Assembly: GCA_963711565.1 (NCBI GenBank)
Contig: CAVQEQ010000003.1
Location: forward strand, 192,001-256,000
DNA: 64,000 nucleotides
Direction of reading: 5' to 3'
Source: an uncultured delta proteobacterium
GTDB taxonomy: Bacteria > Desulfobacterota > Binatia > Binatales > Binataceae
Part shown: positions 57,529 to 64,000 of the stretch, piece by piece
How positions within the stretch are numbered: the first letter of the stretch is position 1
Layout of the letters: every line of letters begins with the position of its first letter
Position numbers and translations under genes: made by a program
Notes under the pieces: model-generated
The model's database searches: none
Seen by the model: the letters and a program-made list of their open reading frames with translations, nothing else
What the model was told of the DNA's origin: nothing

Positions 57529-59084
57529 ACAACGGTCGCTTAAACAGAGACTGCAGTTTCTCGCACCGCCGCACAACGCGAGTGCCTGATCGGTTCCAGG
57601 CGCCAGCCGTTGCACGGGCTCTGTTGGCCGTATTTGGCGTGTTCTGGGGCTGCGCGGTTGGTCCAAACTACCGGCAGCCAAAGGTTCCGGTGGAGTCCGG
57701 ATGGAGCGAAGCGGCCTCGAACAAGAATGCCGCCCCCAGCCAAACCGGTCCCGATCAATGGTGGCTGGTATTCAAAGACCCAAAGCTTAATTCGTTGGTA
57801 GAGCGCGCAATCAAAGCCAATCTAGATCTTCAGTTAGCGGAAGCGCGGATTCATGAAGCACGCGCGACCCGGCAGATCGAGGCCGCACCTTTGTGGCCTG
57901 AGTTGGATGCGACCAGCTCTTTCTCGCGAACTTTACAGAGTCAGAATCAGACTCAGAACGCGGGCGTCTCGCTTTCAACAGGCTTCGCCATTTCAAATCA
58001 ACCCATGAATCTTTACGAGTCAGGCTTCGATGCAAGCTGGGAGATTGACGTCTTCGGTGGAACGCGGCGCTCGGTTGAATCCGCCCAGGACAGCCTCGAG
58101 GCCTCAATTTACGACCGCAATGATGTGCTCCTGACGCTGCTCGGCGAAGTGGCGAGCGGCTACATCGATTTACGCTCCTATCAAACGCAACTGGAGGTCA
58201 CCCGGAACAATCTTGCTGCGCAAACCGGCACGCTCAAGCTGACACGTGCCCGTTATGAAGGCGGCCTCGCCAGCGACCTCGACGTCGCGCAGCAGGAAGC
58301 ACAGGTCGCGGCAACCGCGTCGGAGATTCCGACCCTGGAAACCTCATGCCGTCAATCGATTCACTCGCTTGGTACTTTGCTTGGCGAGCAACCAGACGCT
58401 CTGTCGGAGGAATTGAGTTCGCCCGCGGCAATTCCGATTGCTCCATCGAAATTGCCGATCGGGCTGCCGTCGGAACTGTTGCGCCGGCGCCCCGATATAC
58501 GCCGCGACGAAAGAAAGCTGGCGGCCACGGTCGCCAATATTGGCGTGGCCACGGCAGACCTCTTTCCCAAGTTTTCTCTGACCGGCGCCACGCAGTTGCA
58601 AAGTATTAGCGTAAACACTCTGCTCTCCGAAGGAAGCATCTACTGGACTTTCGGACCAACCGTCACATGGCCGATCTTTGAGGGTGGTGAGATACTCGGC
58701 AACATCGACAAGGCCGATGCGCAGAGAGACGAAGCTCTCATCACCTACCAGCAGACGATCCTCAATGCGCTCGAAGAGGTGGAAAACGAAATCGTCGCAT
58801 TCAGTCACGAGCGCGAGCGCTACCAGTATCTGTTTACAGAGGTCAGCGCGAGCCAGCGAGCGCTCGATCTTTCGACCGAGCTTTATCTCGGTGGTCTGAA
58901 GAACTTCCTTGATGTTCTCGATGCACAACGCACCTTGCTCACGTCTGAGAACGACCTGGCCACCAGCCAGGCGGCGGTGTCGAAAGATCTGGTAGCGCTG
59001 GACAAAGCTTTAGGTGGCGGATGGCAGGGTTCCCAGTACGACGCGAGCCAACCGCTGCCCGCAGTCAAAGTGATGGATGATTAG
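57525..59084 (+). CDS. Outer-membrane efflux lipoprotein (NodT/OprM/TolC family)
   Basis: GCAVGPNY, SWEIDVFG, PSELLRRRPDI, KALGGGW. Confidence 0.92.
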   Translation: MNNGRLNRDCSFSHRRTTRVPDRFQAPAVARALLAVFGVFWGCAVGPNYRQPKVPVESGWSEAASNKNAAPSQTGPDQWWLVFKDPKLNSLVERAIKANLDLQLAEARIHEARATRQIEAAPLWPELDATSSFSRTLQSQNQTQNAGVSLSTGFAISNQPMNLYESGFDASWEIDVFGGTRRSVESAQDSLEASIYDRNDVLLTLLGEVASGYIDLRSYQTQLEVTRNNLAAQTGTLKLTRARYEGGLASDLDVAQQEAQVAATASEIPTLETSCRQSIHSLGTLLGEQPDALSEELSSPAAIPIAPSKLPIGLPSELLRRRPDIRRDERKLAATVANIGVATADLFPKFSLTGATQLQSISVNTLLSEGSIYWTFGPTVTWPIFEGGEILGNIDKADAQRDEALITYQQTILNALEEVENEIVAFSHERERYQYLFTEVSASQRALDLSTELYLGGLKNFLDVLDAQRTLLTSENDLATSQAAVSKDLVALDKALGGGWQGSQYDASQPLPAVKVMDD

Positions 59085-59111
59085 CGCGTCACGCCCGGAG
59101 GCAGTGAGAAA

Positions 59112-60416
59112 ATGGACCAGGTCGATACAACTCACAACGGCGGAGGCAGCCCGTCGCAAAGGAGTACTAGCGCGCCGGGCGAAAGCAACTCGCATCGCGG
59201 CGTGATCATCAATTCCAAGAGATCGCGCTCCCGCCGCAAACTTACATTTCTGGCCCTCGGCATCGGAGTGATGGCGATCGCTTCGACCTTGATGATTCAG
59301 CGGCACAATCAGAACACCGACGCTCAGGGCTGGACGACCGCCAAAATCTCAACCGGTTCGATCGTTCGTGTCGTCACGGCGACGGGAACCGTCGATCCCG
59401 TAATTACGGTCGAGGTCGGCACATACGTGTCCGGTCCGATAACCGCGATTTATGCCGACTACAACGCCTCAGTTAAGGCGGGGCAGCTCATCGCCAAGAT
59501 CGATCCGCGGCCGTTTCAAGTGAAAGTTGATGAGGCTGCGGCATCGCTGGCCAATGCGACCGCACAACTCCACAAGGACATCGCCGACGAGAAGTACAAA
59601 AGTGTCGCGTACCGGCGAGATGCCAAGCTCCTCAAACAGAAGGCTGTGTCTCAGGACGCACTCGACAGCGCCCAAAGCGCATCTGAGCAGGCGACCGCTC
59701 AAATCGAGCTCGACCGCGCGACGATTCAGCAGCAGCAGGCAAATTTGAGAGATGCGGAACTGAATCTCAAATACACCGACATTGTTTCTCCGGTCAGCGG
59801 CACGGTCATCGCGCGCGAGGTGGACGTCGGCCAGACAGTCGCGGCAAGTCTTCAGACGCCCACGCTTTTTCTAATTGCCAAGGATTTGACCAAGATGCAG
59901 GTCGATTCGAACGTAAGCGAAGCCGACATCGGAGAGGTGCGTGCCGGACAGAAGGCGAAATTCACGGTAGATGCCTATGACCGCAGCTTCGAAGGAGTGG
60001 TCAGGCAAGTCCGCCAAAACCCAAGCACGACTCAAAACGTCGTCACGTATGACGTGGTCGTCTCTGCTGACAATCCGCAAATGCTGCTGGCGCCAGGCAT
60101 GACCGCGAATGTCAAAATCATCACGCAGGAGCGCACCAATGTACTGCGTGTGCCGCTGCAGGCGATCAAGTATGAGTCCGTCGGCACATCTCTGGACCGC
60201 GACGAATCGGCGCCGGAAAACCTCCAGGCTTTTCTGTGGATCCCGGACGGTGCGGAGCGAAAACGCTTGCCGGTGCAGACTGGGGTTCGCGACGCGAAAT
60301 TCGCAGAGATAATCAGCGACCGCATTCACCCTGGCGCCACCATCCTGATCGAACCGGCGGCGCAGTCCGAAACGAATTCCGCCAACCAGCCGCCTGGGCC
60401 TCCGGGAATGATGTGA
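59112..60416 (+). CDS. macA: MacA-like periplasmic adaptor
   Basis: ATGTVDPV, VGQTVAASLQTPTLF, NVVTY. Confidence 0.85.
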   Translation: MDQVDTTHNGGGSPSQRSTSAPGESNSHRGVIINSKRSRSRRKLTFLALGIGVMAIASTLMIQRHNQNTDAQGWTTAKISTGSIVRVVTATGTVDPVITVEVGTYVSGPITAIYADYNASVKAGQLIAKIDPRPFQVKVDEAAASLANATAQLHKDIADEKYKSVAYRRDAKLLKQKAVSQDALDSAQSASEQATAQIELDRATIQQQQANLRDAELNLKYTDIVSPVSGTVIAREVDVGQTVAASLQTPTLFLIAKDLTKMQVDSNVSEADIGEVRAGQKAKFTVDAYDRSFEGVVRQVRQNPSTTQNVVTYDVVVSADNPQMLLAPGMTANVKIITQERTNVLRVPLQAIKYESVGTSLDRDESAPENLQAFLWIPDGAERKRLPVQTGVRDAKFAEIISDRIHPGATILIEPAAQSETNSANQPPGPPGMM

Positions 60417-62500
60417 GCAAAATCGCCGACAGCGTTATCGAACTCTCTGGTCTCTCACGGTGTTACGACTTGGGAGAGATCTCGGTCATCGCGCTCAACG
60501 GTGTCTCATTGTCGATTGCGCGTGGCGAGTTCGTCGCGATTATGGGAGCTTCGGGCTCCGGAAAATCCACCCTGCTGAATCTCTTGGGATGCCTGGATCA
60601 AGCCACCTCCGGTTACTATCGACTCGAGGGCACCGATGTCGGAGGACTCGACGAGCCTTCACTTGCGCATGTGCGAAGTCTCAAGGTGGGCTTCGTGTTT
60701 CAGAGTTACAACCTGCTTTCCAGGACGACCGCGCTGGAAAATGTCGAGTTGCCGTTGGTCTATTCGGGCCGGCCATCCGACGGCCACGAGAGAGCCTCAA
60801 ACATGCTTCGCCTCATCGGACTCGGCGACCGCGCGCAACACTATCCGAACCAGCTATCCGGCGGCCAGCAACAGCGGGTGGCGATCGCGCGCGCCCTCGT
60901 CAACGATCCGGCCATCCTGCTCGCCGACGAGCCAACCGGAAACCTCGACTCGAAAAGCTCACTTGAGATCATTGCGATTATCCGCCGACTCAACCAGGAA
61001 CAGGGGCTTACGGTCGTTCTCGTAACGCATGAACCAGACATAGCATCCTTCGCGGATAGGATTATCACGCTGCGAGACGGCGTTATCCTCTCAGACGTTG
61101 ACAACCAACAGACCCGGCTCGCCGACTCCCATAGCCAACGCGTTCGCCCGGTATCCGATCGAAACTCGCGCCCGGAAATCGAGGCGATACGCGGCGGCGC
61201 CTTCGCGATGATGATGTTGCGGACCGCATGGATTGCGATCAATCGCAACCGGCTTCGATCGGCTCTTACCGTGCTCGGCATCCTGATCGGGGTGGCGGCG
61301 TTGATCGCGACGGTTACCGTCAGCCGCGAGGCGGGCCAGCATGTCCGCCAACAAATCGAGGGCTTGGGCACCAACCTTCTGATCGTCCTCCCGGGAGCCA
61401 CCACCTCGTCCGGCGCCAGCGGAGGATTCGGCAGCCGTTCGACATTAACGGTTGACGATGCCGACGCCGTAAGTGAGAACGCTCCGTCAGTTGAGTTCGT
61501 CACCTACAGCAATCGACAATCAGCGCAGGTCGTTTATCGAGACCGCAACTGGAACACTACGGTTGAAGGCGTAAGCGCAAGCTATTTGGCGGTGCGCGAT
61601 TGGTCGGTCGCTATCGGACGAAGTTTTCTAGCGCAGGAAGATTCGGCGGGAGCGCGTGTCGGCATTCTCGGCCAGACGGTGGCAAAGACGCTGTTCGACG
61701 ATGCCGATCCGATTGGCTCGACCGTCCGGATCGGCGGGATACCGATCGAAGTGGTCGGCGTACTCACGCCCAAAGGACGTACCGGATTCGGCCAGGATCA
61801 GGATGACATCGTCCTTGTGCCCTTCAACACCGCGCAAGACCGAATTACCGGTGTGACCGCGCCGACCTCGACGGTGTCAAACAGCAATCCGATCTTTAAT
61901 GCGTCCTCGAATCCTCTCGGCGTCGGGCGAAAAATTGCGGGAATTGTCGGAACCATCTTTGTCAAGAGCCGCAGCCCCGAACTAAGCGGTCAGGCGATGT
62001 CGGAGGTAGAGCAGATTCTTCGCCGTCGTCATCGCCGGCCGCAAGATCAGGCCGACGACTTTACCGTAAGGAACATCAACGACCTGCTCAATGTCGCTCA
62101 AAGCACGACGCGCTCGTTATCTTTGCTGCTCGCTTCGGTTGCCGCCATTTCGCTCGCGGTCGGAGGCATCGGCATCATGAATATATTGCTGGTATCGATC
62201 AGCGAACGAACGCGCGAGATCGGCATTCGGATGGCGATCGGGGCCACTCGAATTCATATACTTTCGCAATTTTTGCTCGAAGCCGTTGCGCTCAGCGCTG
62301 TCGGAGGCAGCGCCGGGATCGTCGTGGGCCTGGGCATTTCTCTGGTTGCGTCCGCTATCGCAGGTTGGTCGATCTCGATTTCATTCACCGCGATCATGGT
62401 CGGGTTTCTTTTTTCCGTGATCATCGGGATTTTCTTCGGCTACTACCCCGCGCTGAAGGCTTCGAGACTTAACGTCATCGATGCTCTCCGCTTCGAGTAG
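60413..62500 (+). CDS. macB: MacB-like ABC transporter (ATPase-permease fusion)
   Basis: GASGSGKST, LSGGQQQRV, GGIGIMNILLVSISERTREIGIR. Confidence 0.92.
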   Translation: MSKIADSVIELSGLSRCYDLGEISVIALNGVSLSIARGEFVAIMGASGSGKSTLLNLLGCLDQATSGYYRLEGTDVGGLDEPSLAHVRSLKVGFVFQSYNLLSRTTALENVELPLVYSGRPSDGHERASNMLRLIGLGDRAQHYPNQLSGGQQQRVAIARALVNDPAILLADEPTGNLDSKSSLEIIAIIRRLNQEQGLTVVLVTHEPDIASFADRIITLRDGVILSDVDNQQTRLADSHSQRVRPVSDRNSRPEIEAIRGGAFAMMMLRTAWIAINRNRLRSALTVLGILIGVAALIATVTVSREAGQHVRQQIEGLGTNLLIVLPGATTSSGASGGFGSRSTLTVDDADAVSENAPSVEFVTYSNRQSAQVVYRDRNWNTTVEGVSASYLAVRDWSVAIGRSFLAQEDSAGARVGILGQTVAKTLFDDADPIGSTVRIGGIPIEVVGVLTPKGRTGFGQDQDDIVLVPFNTAQDRITGVTAPTSTVSNSNPIFNASSNPLGVGRKIAGIVGTIFVKSRSPELSGQAMSEVEQILRRRHRRPQDQADDFTVRNINDLLNVAQSTTRSLSLLLASVAAISLAVGGIGIMNILLVSISERTREIGIRMAIGATRIHILSQFLLEAVALSAVGGSAGIVVGLGISLVASAIAGWSISISFTAIMVGFLFSVIIGIFFGYYPALKASRLNVIDALRFE

Positions 62501-62507
62501 CGGAAAC

Positions 62508-63119
62508 TCAGGGAGCGGCGGGCGGGGGCAGTACTTTTTCGAGTTTAAAACTGGGTGGCGGCGTTTCGTCAACCAGAGTGATTAACTTGTTCCGCCGATC
62601 GATCAATAAGTCCTTGAGTTGCTTCTGCTGGTTGTCATCGAGACTGAGATCCTCGGTGAAATGTTCCAGCAACGGCCGGTAGATCACCATCGAGACGAAG
62701 ACAGGACCCATTATCGGACCACAGCCGGGCAGTGGATCGGGAAGGTTCGCGATGCGAGCCTTGATGACATCGAATTTACGTTTCTGCTCAGAATTTAGTA
62801 TCGTTTCGAAGGAACTCCTGAATTGCTGCTCGATCGCATCGACGCTCTTTCGAAAAGCCTCGACTTGGGGTTCGAGCATCGCGATCCTTTTGCGAATCTC
62901 CTCCGCACCTGGAGGCGGCTCATTATGTGAATTCTGTATCCAGGGTGGAAGCGCCGGAGGAGGGCCTGGGAACCCGGGAAGCGATTGCCCGCCGAATTCG
63001 CTCATCGGCCCAAACGGCGGCGGCGGCATTGGCCGCACCTTCTGTGTCCAGATTCCGACGAGAAGTCCCGACAGAAACAGGGCAACCGTTATCAGGATGA
63101 CCCGAAGGTTGTCCCTCAT
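62508..63119 (-). CDS. Membrane-anchored periplasmic Spy/CpxP-like protein
   Basis: N-terminal TM, Pro-rich linker, ILNSEQKRKF and LSLDDNQQKQL (LTxxQ-like) motifs. Confidence 0.65.
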   Translation of the reverse strand: MRDNLRVILITVALFLSGLLVGIWTQKVRPMPPPPFGPMSEFGGQSLPGFPGPPPALPPWIQNSHNEPPPGAEEIRKRIAMLEPQVEAFRKSVDAIEQQFRSSFETILNSEQKRKFDVIKARIANLPDPLPGCGPIMGPVFVSMVIYRPLLEHFTEDLSLDDNQQKQLKDLLIDRRNKLITLVDETPPPSFKLEKVLPPPAAP

Positions 63120-63382
63120 ATTGCCTCCTCGAGCGCCTGGATCTGGGCAGTCACCTGCGTCCACGCTGCGAGACTCTGTTTCTCAGCCGATTGGGTCTTT
63201 AGCCAATGGAACGATACCGTTGTGACTACACATAGCGTCCCGGTTATCACCATCAATCTGAGTTGTCCTAATACGTAGCGCCGCTTCTTGGCGTCTTCTA
63301 CGACCCGCCTCGCAAAATCCGGCGGCAGACGAAGCCCAGCCTGACGTTGAAGATGCTGCATGTAGCGTGAGCTAATCTTCAT
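63116..63382 (-). CDS. Probable single-TM anti-sigma factor
   Basis: LPPDFARRV followed by one TM; overlaps the sigma gene. Confidence 0.7.
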   Translation of the reverse strand: MKISSRYMQHLQRQAGLRLPPDFARRVVEDAKKRRYVLGQLRLMVITGTLCVVTTVSFHWLKTQSAEKQSLAAWTQVTAQIQALEEAI

Positions 63383-63920
63383 CGGTCTCCCTCCCTCGAA
63401 GAAATTCTCTCGCTCTGAACAGCCGTGACTTTACTGAACTTACGGTGCTGTTTGTGATTTCTGCCAGCTGCTCGTAAGACCAATCGTTTTCGGCGAGCAG
63501 CAGGATCAGCTCCTTCTGCGCGCGTGGCAGACCCTCGACCGCAACTCGAAAGGCGTCCAAACGACTGTCCAGATGGTGTCCCGGCGTCGTTACTGGTTCG
63601 TGCTTGAGCTCAAAGGGCACAAACAGCCGGCGCACCCGTTCTTTCCGAAAGTGATCGTTGCAGACGTTCCGCGCGATTTGGAACAGCCACGGTTCGAAAC
63701 TGTTGGCATCTCGGAGTCTGGGTAAACCTGAAATCATTTTGAGAAAGGCGTTGTGACAGACATCCTCAATTGCGTCACTCTTGCCGATCAGAGAGTAGAC
63801 GAGCCCGGCGATCCTATCCTGGAACCGGCGGACGAGCGCCTCCATAGCCGCTTCAGACCCATCCTGAGCTCGGCGTACCAAGGCGGCCAAGTTTTCCTGG
63901 TCAGGATTGGTCTTCGTCAC
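63372..63920 (-). CDS. ECF RNA polymerase sigma factor
   Basis: FEPWLFQIARN, SYEQLAEI, VKSRLFRAR. Confidence 0.9.
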   Translation of the reverse strand: MTKTNPDQENLAALVRRAQDGSEAAMEALVRRFQDRIAGLVYSLIGKSDAIEDVCHNAFLKMISGLPRLRDANSFEPWLFQIARNVCNDHFRKERVRRLFVPFELKHEPVTTPGHHLDSRLDAFRVAVEGLPRAQKELILLLAENDWSYEQLAEITNSTVSSVKSRLFRAREFLRGRETDED

Positions 63921-63939
63921 CCATCTCTCTGTTTCTTAA

Positions 63940-63966
63940 GACGGAATTACGAGGCAAAAGTTGCGC
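63940..63966 (-). promoter_or_regulatory. Autoregulatory ECF-type promoter
   Basis: GCGCAAC-N16-CGTC. Confidence 0.7.
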
Positions 63967-64000
63967 TAGATTTCCCAATCATTGCGAAGCCAATCGGGAC

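Larger units (their letters stand above)
46176..64000. mobile_element. Genomic island / ICE-like element integrated at tRNA-Leu (extends beyond window)
   Basis: tRNA 3' fragment, arm-type repeats, ssb, IS, excisionase-like HTH, visibly more AT-rich spacers; integrase not in window. Confidence 0.7.

Overview
GC-rich bacterial chromosomal segment. The gene repertoire resembles Candidatus Binatota, but this is inference only. Positions 1-46 kb are mostly metabolic and housekeeping genes: a peptidoglycan-recycling operon (ldcA-like, serine hydrolase, mpl), oxidoreductases, amidohydrolases, an MdtABC-type RND pump, ppa and an Fpg/Nei glycosylase. Small accessory inserts lie among them (HTH+Fic, HEPN+nucleotidyltransferase, a TIR-less PycTIR-like cNMP-binding domain, a MITE). 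At 46176-46236 the 3' half of a tRNA-Leu(TAA), followed by arm-type repeats, marks the att end of an integrative island that runs off the right edge. The island carries ssb behind a large hairpin and an IS1111-type (IS110 family) element whose bridge/seekRNA guides can be read directly and match its own insertion site. It also carries two ECF sigma/anti-sigma/periplasmic-protein triads, an orphan FlgD and an EF-hand protein behind divergent sigma54-type promoters, an orphan GspD-type secretin and a MacAB-TolC pump. The secretin, the pump and one ECF operon share an identical ECF-type promoter motif. A leader-peptide transcription attenuator lies upstream of an MFS gene. Several single-base frameshifts suggest possible assembly indels.
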